This document shows, one piece after another, positions 21,002 through 31,112 of a DNA stretch of 45,393 nt; positions within the stretch are counted from its first letter, which is position 1, and each line of letters begins with the position of its first letter. Under the pieces are notes generated by a model. The model made no database searches. It had not been told where the DNA came from and saw only the letters and a list, made by a program, of their open reading frames with translations. The stretch spans positions 1 to 45,393 of the forward strand of contig JBKGZU010000001.1 of NCBI GenBank assembly GCA_046543215.1, read 5' to 3'. This stretch comes from Halodesulfurarchaeum sp. (lineage in GTDB: Archaea; Halobacteriota; Halobacteria; Halobacteriales; Halobacteriaceae). A program made the translations under genes and the position numbers.

Positions 21002-21598
21002 CTAGCTGTGTCGGTCCTCGTCCCAGGGATCGGCGGTGACCGAATAGCCTCGCTGTTCCCAGTATCCCCGAACCGGTTCGGTGAGGAACTCGATTTCCGT
21101 GACCCACTTGGCGCCCTTGTACGCGTACTTGTGCGGGGTGAGCACCCGGAGTGGCCCGCCGTGATTCCTGTCGAGGGGTTCCCCATCGTGTTCGAACGCC
21201 AGGAGCGTTGCCGTTCGCATGCAGTCCTCGAGGGGGAGATCGGTCGTGTACCCGTCTTTCGCGTGGAACAGGACGTGGGTCGCCGTGTCGGTCGGTTCGA
21301 CCACCGCGGCGATTTCCGGAAACGGAACGCCGGTAAACTCGTGGTCGAAGGAACTCCAGCCGGTCACGCAGTGGACGTCCTGGCGCTGGGTTTCCGTCGG
21401 AAGGGACGCGAATGCCTCCCAGTCGAACGTTTGCGCTTCACGGACGGCCCCGCTAACCGAGAGCTCCCAGTCCTCGCGGGTCCCGTCGGGGGTCTCTCCC
21501 TTCGTGAAGACCGGAAACTCCGCGGTCCGGTGCTGGCCCGGGGGCAGGCGGTCCGTGCCGAACTCGGTATAGAGGTCGGTCACGTCCCTGACAGTCAT
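21002..21598 (-). CDS. Sulfite-oxidase-like molybdopterin oxidoreductase (YuiH-like)
   Basis: RLPPGQ, DVHCVTGWS (Mo-ligating Cys), HGGPLR, YKGAKWV, GYWEQRGY. Confidence 0.88.
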   Translation of the reverse strand: MTVRDVTDLYTEFGTDRLPPGQHRTAEFPVFTKGETPDGTREDWELSVSGAVREAQTFDWEAFASLPTETQRQDVHCVTGWSSFDHEFTGVPFPEIAAVVEPTDTATHVLFHAKDGYTTDLPLEDCMRTATLLAFEHDGEPLDRNHGGPLRVLTPHKYAYKGAKWVTEIEFLTEPVRGYWEQRGYSVTADPWDEDRHS

Positions 21599-21702
21599 AC
21601 TGGACCATTCGGCGGCTCGGATTAGTCCCTTGTGGTCCCGGCCGCAGGCGGGTCCGGCCCCCGTCAGTCTTAAGAAGGGAGGGGGCCAAACCCGCTCGAT
21701 AG

Positions 21703-21912
21703 ATGCCGACGGTGGAACTCAACGTCCCCGACCACATCGAGATGCAGATCGCCCAGCTCGTCGACCAGGGCGAGTTCCTCAGCCAGGAAGAGGCGATCGA
21801 ACAGCTCCTCTCCGCGGGTATCAAAGCCTACAAGACCTCAGGACCGGTCGAGGAGGAGGGTACCTTCGAGGACGAGGGAATGATGGGCCACGAGGACGAG
21901 TACGTCTTTTGA
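21703..21912 (+). CDS. Ribbon-helix-helix (CopG-like) small protein
   Basis: MPTVELNVPDHIEMQIAQLVDQGEFLSQEEAIEQLL; CTTAAG at 21669-21674 upstream. Confidence 0.8.
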   Translation: MPTVELNVPDHIEMQIAQLVDQGEFLSQEEAIEQLLSAGIKAYKTSGPVEEEGTFEDEGMMGHEDEYVF

Positions 21913-21968
21913 ACCGACAGTGACGACCACAGCCACCTGGACGAAAGCGGCCGCGTGCCCGACACCGC

Positions 21969-22063
21969 GCAGCCAACACGCGCTGCCAACATTTTGCAGC
22001 CAAAACGCGCGGCCAATATTTCGCAGCCAACACGCGCGGCCAATATTTCGCAGCCAACATTTA
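21969..22063. repeat. Intergenic tandem repeat, ~3.5 x 27 bp (seven 13/14-bp half-units with core GCNGCCAA)
   Basis: gcagccaacacgc-gctgccaacatttt-gcagccaaaacgc-gcggccaatatttc-gcagccaacacgc-gcggccaatatttc-gcagccaacattta. Confidence 0.93.
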
Positions 22064-22065
22064 AC
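22060..22065 (+). promoter_or_regulatory. Putative TATA box for the UPF0058 gene
   Basis: TTTAAC 25 bp before ATG 22091, overlapping the last repeat half-unit. Confidence 0.55.
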
Positions 22066-22090
22066 CCGCCATCCGGTCTAGGGACTCTCA

Positions 22091-22369
22091 ATGCACAAAG
22101 ACGAACTACTCGAACTCCACGAGGAAATGGTCCACATCAAAGATCGCCTCGCCACCTTCGAGGAGATCGACGCGTCGAAATTCGACGAGTACGAGCAGCT
22201 CGACGTCGACCCGTCCCACGTCCACAAATCGAAGAGCGAGCACAAACACGCCGTCTTCGTCCTCGGGAACGCGCTCGCCTCGGCGATGAGCGAAGACGAA
22301 TTCAGCTCCGCCGGCCGTCTCTCGAAGCGTATGGAGGAGCTGGCCGAGGACGCCGAGGAGAAACTGTGA
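22091..22369 (+). CDS. UPF0058 family protein
   Basis: MHKDELLELH...PSHVHKSKSEHKHAVFVLG. Confidence 0.9.
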   Translation: MHKDELLELHEEMVHIKDRLATFEEIDASKFDEYEQLDVDPSHVHKSKSEHKHAVFVLGNALASAMSEDEFSSAGRLSKRMEELAEDAEEKL

Positions 22370-22509
22370 GGCCGCGCGGACGGGTCGGGGACTGACTCGC
22401 GAAGACCCGAACCGAATCTGACACCGGTCCGCGTCACGTCAGACATTCGCAAGGAGACGGGCCGACCGTCGGGAAAGTCTTTTTACCGGCTCTTCCCCTT
22501 CGCTTGGGT

Positions 22510-24897
22510 ATGCACACGCGCACGGTCGAACAGGTTCGCACCTGGGACTCTCGACCGTTTTCCGGCGGACTCGGGACCCTCTCCGAACTTGCAGCAACCG
22601 ATCACACCGGTGCGGTCGTTGCCGATGACACCTGGCTATTCATGCTCAACGGCCGGGTCATCGGTATCTTCGAGGGCACCATGGACGACTTCGAGGCGTC
22701 CGGAACGATCTATACCACGCCAAACGACTCTCTGCCGTTGCTCTTCGCGATGCAAGAGCGGGAGGGGCGAACCCGGGCCAAGTACTTTACCGAGGACACG
22801 CCGCTCGAGGAAGCCGATCGAACCCTCGCGGACGCGAATTTCACCGGCTACGTCGAACTCTCCGAGAACGTGCTGAGCGGCGACTACTATCTCGTTTACT
22901 ACGGTGGGACCCGGCGGAGCGTGGCGTTTATCGGGCAGAGCGAGCGGGTCGAGACGGGCGATGCGGCCTTCGAGAAGGCCGCTGACGAGGTCGGTATCTA
23001 CGAGGTCCTCGACGTCTCGATGACCATCACCGAGATCCCCGAGCCACAAACCGCCCCGTCCGGGGCCGCCGTCGCGGGGGCCGAAGTCGGAGACGGGAGT
23101 AGCGCCGAGGCGGACCCGGACCCGACGGCCGAGGCGGACCCGGAAAGCGAACCGGCCGATGCTTCGGCCGCCGGGGCGAAAGCTGGAGGCGAGGCGTCCG
23201 AAACCGAAGCGACCGAACCCGGAGATGCGGAACCGGACGCGTCAGAGGCACCCGAACCCGGAAGTGTGGAGCCGGACTCGTCAGAAGCGATCAAATCCGG
23301 AGATGCCGATCCGGACGAGTCCGCGGTGGACGCTGCAGAAACGGAAGCGGCCGAACCGGCGGCTGACTCCACGTCGAGTCCCGAGGAAGCCGACTCGGTG
23401 ACCGCCTCGACTGCGGACGCGATCGAATCTGCCGAAAGGCCAGCATCGGGACGCAAAACCGGACCAGCGGACGCCACGGAGCCACCCAGCCATCGTGGAT
23501 CGTCCGCCGAGGAGACTCCGTCGGCGGGGCGGGAGACGCAAACTGATGCGACGACCGCTGGCGAGTCGGCGGGTTCCCGGGCGGAGGAGACAGCAGCGGG
23601 GGAAACAGGACGAAGCGACGAGGCCGACTCGGAACTGGAACAAATGTTCCGCGCCGAGGAACAGTGGCGTCGGTCGAACGCGATCCCGGCCCTCGACCCG
23701 GACGAAACCGAACCGACGGACGCAGAACGGGAGGGGGCCGGGGCGGCCGGGACGAGCGCCAAGAAGCTCGGCCAGGCCCGCTCGGGGACTCCGGTCCGGA
23801 ACGAAACTGCGAGCGGCTCGGCGGGTGGTGGGGAGCACACGTCCCGGACGCCGCCCGGGACGGTCGAGAGTCACTCCCCGTCAGACCGTGCAGTCACAGG
23901 CGGGGGCCGACGGTCCGGCACGCCCCCCTCGACTCCCCGGGAGCAGGTGGAGGCGGAACTCGAAAAGCGGAAGGACAGGATCGACGACCTCGAGAATCGA
24001 CTGGGAGCGATCGAACAGGAGCGCTCGGAACTGGCGGGCGAACTCGAGGACGAGCGAGCGGCCCGGTCGAACCTGGAGGAGGAACTGTCGGCCCTTCGAG
24101 CCGAACGGGACGAGCTCCAGTCCCGCGTCGACGAACTCGAAGGACGACTGGCGGGGGACGGATCGGCGGTCGATTCGGGGGCGACAACATTGTCGCCGGC
24201 TGACGCGCTTGCCGGAACGAACCTCTTCGTCCGATACGACTCCAAGAGCAATCCCACTCTGGAAGCACTCGGCCCGGAGGTCGATCCGGACGCGGTGAAC
24301 GCGAATCTCACCCTGGAACATCACACGCAGTTCGAAACGGCTGACGTGCAGGTCGATGGTAACCCCTACCGGGAATTCCTCGAGGGGACCGGCGAGTTCC
24401 GCTTCGTCTCCTGGGTCCTTCGGGAACTTCCCTACGAACTCCTCGAGACGGGGAACCGCAACGCGCTCGGGGATCTCTTCGAGGCCATTTCGGCGATCGA
24501 CCGCGTCGAGTTCGACGGGACGGTCACCGTCGATCCCGAGTCCGGGGCCGAACGCCGGTTCGCCCTCGTGATGCGAGATCGGATGGGCAATCCCCTCGTC
24601 CTCGGGGAGTACAACGACGATCGGAACCCAGTTCGGGACGAAGAACTGGAGACGTTGCTGGACGGCGCACGCGAGGTTGCCGGGTCCGTCGACAGCCTCG
24701 CCGGTGCGTTCTACGTCACGGCCAGCTTCTTCGAACCCCAGGCTCTCGAGCGTGCCGAGAACGCGGCCTCCTCGGGCGGGCTATTCAGCCGACAGGAAAA
24801 AGCGAGTTTCGTAACCCCGGAGTCCGGAACGGGGTTCCATCTCGGACTTGTCGAGGACCGGAGCCAGGCGTTTCACGTCACCGTGCCGAAGCTCTAG
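22510..24897 (+). CDS. Large acidic hypothetical protein: globular N-terminus, disordered linker, coiled coil, globular C-terminus
   Basis: 795 aa from ATG 22510 with a TTTTTA box upstream; FTGYVELSENVLSGDYY, heptads, NLFVRY...LEHHTQF, GAFYVTASFF. Confidence 0.85.
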   Translation: MHTRTVEQVRTWDSRPFSGGLGTLSELAATDHTGAVVADDTWLFMLNGRVIGIFEGTMDDFEASGTIYTTPNDSLPLLFAMQEREGRTRAKYFTEDTPLEEADRTLADANFTGYVELSENVLSGDYYLVYYGGTRRSVAFIGQSERVETGDAAFEKAADEVGIYEVLDVSMTITEIPEPQTAPSGAAVAGAEVGDGSSAEADPDPTAEADPESEPADASAAGAKAGGEASETEATEPGDAEPDASEAPEPGSVEPDSSEAIKSGDADPDESAVDAAETEAAEPAADSTSSPEEADSVTASTADAIESAERPASGRKTGPADATEPPSHRGSSAEETPSAGRETQTDATTAGESAGSRAEETAAGETGRSDEADSELEQMFRAEEQWRRSNAIPALDPDETEPTDAEREGAGAAGTSAKKLGQARSGTPVRNETASGSAGGGEHTSRTPPGTVESHSPSDRAVTGGGRRSGTPPSTPREQVEAELEKRKDRIDDLENRLGAIEQERSELAGELEDERAARSNLEEELSALRAERDELQSRVDELEGRLAGDGSAVDSGATTLSPADALAGTNLFVRYDSKSNPTLEALGPEVDPDAVNANLTLEHHTQFETADVQVDGNPYREFLEGTGEFRFVSWVLRELPYELLETGNRNALGDLFEAISAIDRVEFDGTVTVDPESGAERRFALVMRDRMGNPLVLGEYNDDRNPVRDEELETLLDGAREVAGSVDSLAGAFYVTASFFEPQALERAENAASSGGLFSRQEKASFVTPESGTGFHLGLVEDRSQAFHVTVPKL
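23206..23322. repeat. 3 x 39-bp degenerate coding repeat
   Basis: Encodes EATEPGDAEPDAS / EAPEPGSVEPDSS / EAIKSGDADPDES. Confidence 0.7.
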
Positions 24898-24932
24898 GCA
24901 AGGGCTGGTTTCGTTCCAAAAGGTTCAGTCAG

Positions 24933-25235
24933 TTACTCGCTTTCGGGGACCGAATCGATCTTCATCGCCTCGAGTTTGTCCATGATTTCGCCGATTTCGC
25001 CGTCGAGATCCTCGACGAACGTGGCTGTATCTTCTGTCGTAATCGCCCCTTGACTCGACGGCTCGATGAGGTTTTCCTCCTCGAGGACCCGAAGCGAATA
25101 TCGAACTTTGTGATGGGGATAACCCGTCTCGTTCGACATTTTCACGATTCCGATGGGTTCACTTTCGATGACCATCTTCAGAACCTGCAGGTGTCGCTCT
25201 AACATATCGACCTCTTTCGCCAGGCGATCTATCAT
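24933..25235 (-). CDS. Conserved archaeal winged-helix protein, putative transcription regulator
   Basis: MIDRLAKEVDMLERHLQVL...PIGIVKMSNETGYPHHKVRYSLRVLEEENLIEPSSQGA; TTTAAA at 25263-25268, 27 bp upstream. Confidence 0.85.
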   Translation of the reverse strand: MIDRLAKEVDMLERHLQVLKMVIESEPIGIVKMSNETGYPHHKVRYSLRVLEEENLIEPSSQGAITTEDTATFVEDLDGEIGEIMDKLEAMKIDSVPESE

Positions 25236-25492
25236 GCCATTTGTTAACTTGTCGTACCGGGATTTAAACCTTGCCGTGCAGGAGAACCCGTAAGAGGAGC
25301 TATTCCCGGCACCAGTGATAACAGTTGTGGGTGTTTCCATGTCACGTACTATACAGTGCAACCCTCCTCGAGTCGACACGATTGACCCGGGCCGTATCGA
25401 GCGTTGAACGGGGGCAGCGCTCGGGAAGCGGCAACCGAACGGGCGTCCCGCATTTCGTAATGGGTTTACCCCGGGGCGGGGAAACGGCTACC

Positions 25493-26812
25493 ATGACCGT
25501 AACGATCGTGGGTTCGCAACTCGGCGACGAGGGGAAAGGCCGCGTCGTCGACTTGCTCGGCGAACCAGCAGACGTCGTGGTCCGCTACCAGGGCGGCGAT
25601 AACGCCGGCCACACCGTCGTCGACGGCAACGACGAGTACAAACTGTCCCTCGTCCCGAGCGGGGCGATCCGTGGGAAGGTCGGCGTGCTGGGCAACGGGG
25701 TCGTCGTCAACCCCCGTACCTTTTTCGAGGAGGTCGACGGGCTCCGCGAGCAAGGTCTCGATCCGACCGTTCGACTGGCCAAGCGGGCACACGTGATCAT
25801 GCCGTTCCACCGCGCGATCGACGGCATCGAGGAGTCCGCCAAGTCAGACTCGGACCTCGAGGCCGGCACGACGGGTCGGGGAATCGGCCCCACCTACGAG
25901 GACAAGGCCGGCCGACGTGGGGTCCGCGTGGGTGACCTCCTCGACCCCGACGTGCTCCGGGACCGACTCGAATACGTCGTGCCACAGAAACGCACCGTCT
26001 ACGAGGAGGTCTACGGGGGCGATCCCGGGGACGCCTTCGACGTGGACGCCCTTTTCGAGGAGTATCGCGAGTACGGCGAACGGATCGAATCGGAGGGACT
26101 GGCCGTGGACGCGGGGACCTACCTCGACGAGCGGATCCGGGCGGGAGACAAGGTGATGCTCGAGGGCGCCCAGGGAACGTCCCTGGACATCGATCACGGG
26201 ATCTATCCCTACGTCACCTCCTCGAACCCGACCGCCGGGTACGCCGCGACCGGGTCGGGACTCGGCGTCACGACGGTCGGCCAGGGAGCAGTGATCGGCG
26301 TCGTCAAAGCCTACCTCTCGCGGGTCGGCACTGGCCCGCTCCCGACCGAACTCGAGGGCGACCTCGCCGAATACATCCGCGAGGAGGGCGGCGAGTACGG
26401 AACCGTTACCGGAAGACCCCGTCGCGTGGGCTATCTCGACATGCCGATGCTGCGGACGGCCGGGCGGGCAAACGGCTTTACCGGGGTCGCGATCAATCAC
26501 CTCGACGTCCTCGCGGGCCTCGACGAGATCGAGGTCGGCCACGCCTACGAACTCGACGGCGACACGCGGTACACGATGCCCGCGACGACCGAGCGGTGGG
26601 GTGACTGTGACCCAGTCTACCGCACCTTCGAGGGATGGCCGGACGTCGACTGGCAGGCGATCTCGGAGGCGGGATTCGACGCGCTCCCAGCGGCCGCCAG
26701 GGAATATGTCTCCTACATCGAATCCGAGTTGGGCGTCCCGGCCGTGGCGCTGGGGCTGGGCCCGGCCCGCGAGACGGCGATCGTCCGGGAAAATCCCTGG
26801 GACGGAGCCTAA
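25493..26812 (+). CDS. purA: Adenylosuccinate synthetase
   Basis: QLGDEGKG, YQGGDNAGHT, GTTGRGIGPTY, EGAQG, YPYVTSS, EYGTVTGRPRR. Confidence 0.97.
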   Translation: MTVTIVGSQLGDEGKGRVVDLLGEPADVVVRYQGGDNAGHTVVDGNDEYKLSLVPSGAIRGKVGVLGNGVVVNPRTFFEEVDGLREQGLDPTVRLAKRAHVIMPFHRAIDGIEESAKSDSDLEAGTTGRGIGPTYEDKAGRRGVRVGDLLDPDVLRDRLEYVVPQKRTVYEEVYGGDPGDAFDVDALFEEYREYGERIESEGLAVDAGTYLDERIRAGDKVMLEGAQGTSLDIDHGIYPYVTSSNPTAGYAATGSGLGVTTVGQGAVIGVVKAYLSRVGTGPLPTELEGDLAEYIREEGGEYGTVTGRPRRVGYLDMPMLRTAGRANGFTGVAINHLDVLAGLDEIEVGHAYELDGDTRYTMPATTERWGDCDPVYRTFEGWPDVDWQAISEAGFDALPAAAREYVSYIESELGVPAVALGLGPARETAIVRENPWDGA

Positions 26813-26862
26813 CCCGGCAACCTTTTTTCACGTCCCCTCGATTGACCGGGTAGGTGACTATC

Positions 26863-27057
26863 GTGAACGAGGAACTCATGGACATCGTCTGTTGTCCGGT
26901 CGACAAGGCGGAACTCGAGCTCGAGGTCGAATCTCGTGACGGCGAGGAAATCATCGAGGGCCGCTTGACCTGCACGGAATGTGGGGCGGTCTACCCCATC
27001 GAAGACGGAATTCCGAACCTCCTGCCGCCCGACATGCAGGAGGACGCGGCCGCCTGA
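26863..27057 (+). CDS. trm112: Trm112 methyltransferase activator
   Basis: LMDIVCCPVDK...GRLTCTECGAVYPIEDGIPNLLP. Confidence 0.9.
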   Translation: MNEELMDIVCCPVDKAELELEVESRDGEEIIEGRLTCTECGAVYPIEDGIPNLLPPDMQEDAAA

Positions 27058-27107
27058 GCGACGTTTTCGCCTGAAGCTTTTTGCAGGTGGTCGACGTAGG
27101 GGCATAC

Positions 27108-27719
27108 GTGCCCGGACTGACCGTCTATCTCAACCGCGACGGATTGAACACCGTCGAGACCGACCAGACGGCCGTCCGTGCGACCGAATCCGTCGACATC
27201 GTTCTCGAAAACCACGGCAAACCGACCCACGTCCATCTCCACCTCGATGACGACCTGGCGACGCTCGGGACGATCACGGACCCGCATTGGTTCGTTCCGA
27301 AGGAGGAATGGCGGGAGGCCGAACTGACGCTCACGCCGGCGGCCGAGGGGCGGGGTCGACTCGAAGTCACGACCGGCTACGGTCAGGAGCAAACGACAGT
27401 CGACGTCGACGTCGAACCGGTCGACGAAGCGGAGTCCGGGAGCGAGACGATCGACACCGTCGGCGGCCCCTCCCGGAAGGAACCCGTCGCGGACACGGAG
27501 GAATCGACGGGGGTTTTCAGCGAGCTCGACACCGAACGACTCCGAAATCCGGTGGTGCTGGCGACCCTGGGGGCGTTCCTGGTTATGCTCGTGCTCTTGC
27601 TCTTCGTGAACCCGCTTTCCGCGATCGCCGCTGGCTTTGCCGCGCTGCTCGGGGCCATCGCGGTCGGCAGTTACGTCACGGCGTGGGACCCGTTCGCTGA
27701 GGAATCCGAGGATTCCTGA
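27108..27719 (+). CDS. Hypothetical protein with C-terminal TM hairpin
   Basis: LENHGKPTHVHLHLDDDL, GRLEVTTGYG, two C-terminal hydrophobic helices; GTG start inferred. Confidence 0.78.
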   Translation: MPGLTVYLNRDGLNTVETDQTAVRATESVDIVLENHGKPTHVHLHLDDDLATLGTITDPHWFVPKEEWREAELTLTPAAEGRGRLEVTTGYGQEQTTVDVDVEPVDEAESGSETIDTVGGPSRKEPVADTEESTGVFSELDTERLRNPVVLATLGAFLVMLVLLLFVNPLSAIAAGFAALLGAIAVGSYVTAWDPFAEESEDS

Positions 27720-27765
27720 GACCGGCGATCGGGACCTTTTTGCCCCAGTCCGTCCCTGTGAGCAC

Positions 27766-28221
27766 ATGCCCTCGATAGCCGCCGAGACCCGTCGCGTGGT
27801 CGATAACACGCCCTTCCTTCGACAGGCGCTTCGCGCGGGCATCGTGAACTTCACCGAGGCCGCCAGGCAGCTGGAGGTTCCCGGCGAGACGGAAGCCGTC
27901 GCGTCGGCGCTTCGCCGATACGCCGGCGAACTTCCCCCGCTCGAGGACGACGACCGGCAGATCCGGGTTCGGATGGATCGGGGGGTCGATTCCGATCGAG
28001 TGACCGTTTCGGGCACCGATCCCGGGCGGGAGGATCTCACCGCCATTGCGCTCGAGGGAACACTCGGTCCGGGACTGTTCGGCCGCGTGCTGAGTGCGTT
28101 CGAGAGTTCGGACGTCGCGGTTCGCGGTGCGGGACTGGTCGACGAATCGGGGGTCGTCCTCGTGGATCGCGGCGCCGGGTCGCGAGCGCTCCGACTCGTC
28201 GAGGCCGTGGTGAACCCGTAG
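27766..28221 (+). CDS. Hypothetical protein, possibly HTH plus ACT-like
   Basis: MPSIAAETRRVVDNTPFLRQALRAGIVNFTEAARQL; ATG 27766 with a TTTTT box upstream. Confidence 0.72.
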   Translation: MPSIAAETRRVVDNTPFLRQALRAGIVNFTEAARQLEVPGETEAVASALRRYAGELPPLEDDDRQIRVRMDRGVDSDRVTVSGTDPGREDLTAIALEGTLGPGLFGRVLSAFESSDVAVRGAGLVDESGVVLVDRGAGSRALRLVEAVVNP

Positions 28222-28249
28222 ATGGCGCAGCCGAGCCCTCTCGCAGAAG

Positions 28250-28255
28250 TTATAC
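28250..28255 (+). promoter_or_regulatory. Putative TATA box for cysS
   Basis: GAAG-TTATAC 25 bp before ATG 28281. Confidence 0.55.
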
Positions 28256-28280
28256 CCCTCGAACGAGCAAGTCTCTTGCA

Positions 28281-29762
<1,482 letters not shown>

Positions 29763-29771
29763 GTCGGGTCT

Positions 29772-31007
29772 CTAGATGGCGAGGGGAACGAACAGCACCC
29801 CCATCAAGTGGACCCGCCGACTGTCGAAGTGGACCGGAATCGCCCCGACCGCACTCGCGACGAGAAGGACGATGACCCCGAGTGTCCCGGTGAAGACCCA
29901 GGCGAGAATCACCAGAAAGACCCCGACGCCGACCGACAGTCGGGCACTGTCCGCGTTACCGACGATGGCGAAGTACCGATCCCCGAGGACCGGGACCAGC
30001 ACCAGGGCAACGGCGGCCGCGATGAGGATTGTCGCGAGCAGTAACGGTACGTTCGGCGGCAACGAGGCCTCTTCGAAGGCGACCAGGACGCCGGTCCGCG
30101 GAGCCCCCAGGGTGACGAGCGCGAACAGCGCAAAGACCGTGTTGGCGGTGTTGACGCCGCTGACGGTCACGATAAATCCCCGGTCGCCGGCTTCGCCCGG
30201 CAGCCCGACGAAAGCGACAACCGCAGCGACCGCTGCGGAGACGCCCGGAATGTACGCGACAATCGCGCCCGCGCTCGCTCCGAGGAGACTCCATCCCCCG
30301 AGTGTCTGTGGATCGATGGCCAGGGTGGTTCCGGTCTGGGGTGGGACTCCTGCCCCCCGTGCGGCGAGCGCGAGGACCGGAACGCCAAACAGTCCCGAAA
30401 GCAACGGGAGGAGCATATCGCCTCCCGGAAGGAGCCCGCCAGTTTCGAGATCCAGCGTGAGCAGTCCGAGGGCGCCGCTCGCAGCGATAGCGAGTACCCC
30501 GCCCAGTCTGGCCCGGTGTGTCCGCTCCGTGAGCACCATGACGAGGGCCACGACGGTGAGGACGATTCGAATGTGATCGATGAGGACAGGGGCAACCCTG
30601 GTCATGGCCAAAGTGACGGGGGCCCCGAGCACCACGGCCGTCAGGATAGCGCCGCCGCTACCCAGGGCCGAAAGCCGGAGCGCCTCCCGCCCCCGTCCAC
30701 CCAGGACGAGACGATGGCCGGGGAGCGCGGAGACGGCCATCGCGGCGTCCGGGACGCCGATCGCGAGTGTCGGCACGATGTCGAGAAACGAGTGGGTAAC
30801 GCCAGCGGCCAACATGGCAGCGCCGAGGAGGTGCGGATCTGCGGGAATTGCCGGCGCGATCGAGGCGAGGAGGATGGCAAACGTGTTGACGTGAAGTCCC
30901 GGCGTCAATCCGCTCGCGGTTCCCAGGACGATCCCGGCGGCGACGAACCCGAGGGTCACGGTCGCGCCGCCCGGGTTCGAGACGAATCGGATGCCGGCGA
31001 CCTCCAT
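29772..31007 (-). CDS. TctA/DUF112-family membrane protein (tripartite tricarboxylate transporter permease-like)
   Basis: GLTPGLHVN, THSFLDIVP, LPGHRLVLGGRG, LLSGLFG, RVHLMG; polytopic membrane protein. Confidence 0.85.
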   Translation of the reverse strand: MEVAGIRFVSNPGGATVTLGFVAAGIVLGTASGLTPGLHVNTFAILLASIAPAIPADPHLLGAAMLAAGVTHSFLDIVPTLAIGVPDAAMAVSALPGHRLVLGGRGREALRLSALGSGGAILTAVVLGAPVTLAMTRVAPVLIDHIRIVLTVVALVMVLTERTHRARLGGVLAIAASGALGLLTLDLETGGLLPGGDMLLPLLSGLFGVPVLALAARGAGVPPQTGTTLAIDPQTLGGWSLLGASAGAIVAYIPGVSAAVAAVVAFVGLPGEAGDRGFIVTVSGVNTANTVFALFALVTLGAPRTGVLVAFEEASLPPNVPLLLATILIAAAVALVLVPVLGDRYFAIVGNADSARLSVGVGVFLVILAWVFTGTLGVIVLLVASAVGAIPVHFDSRRVHLMGVLFVPLAI

Positions 31008-31112
31008 CGTGGCCGGTTGGCCCGGTCAACCGAATTAAACCCTCGCCCACCGTGGGCAGATTTGCGTGGCTGACGGAAGTCCTAAGGTCGGCCTCCACGT
31101 TGACGGGTTTGT

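Noticed and set aside
21703-21912. Calling the RHH protein CdrS
   Set aside because: No adjacent ftsZ2 and only fold-level resemblance, so it was left unnamed.
21969-22063. CRISPR array, or the ORFs 21821-22060(-) and 21955-22395(+) spanning the repeat
   Set aside because: The units are contiguous with no unique spacers and no cas genes are present. The ORFs stay open because the unit is 27 bp, and their products are basic and non-halophilic.
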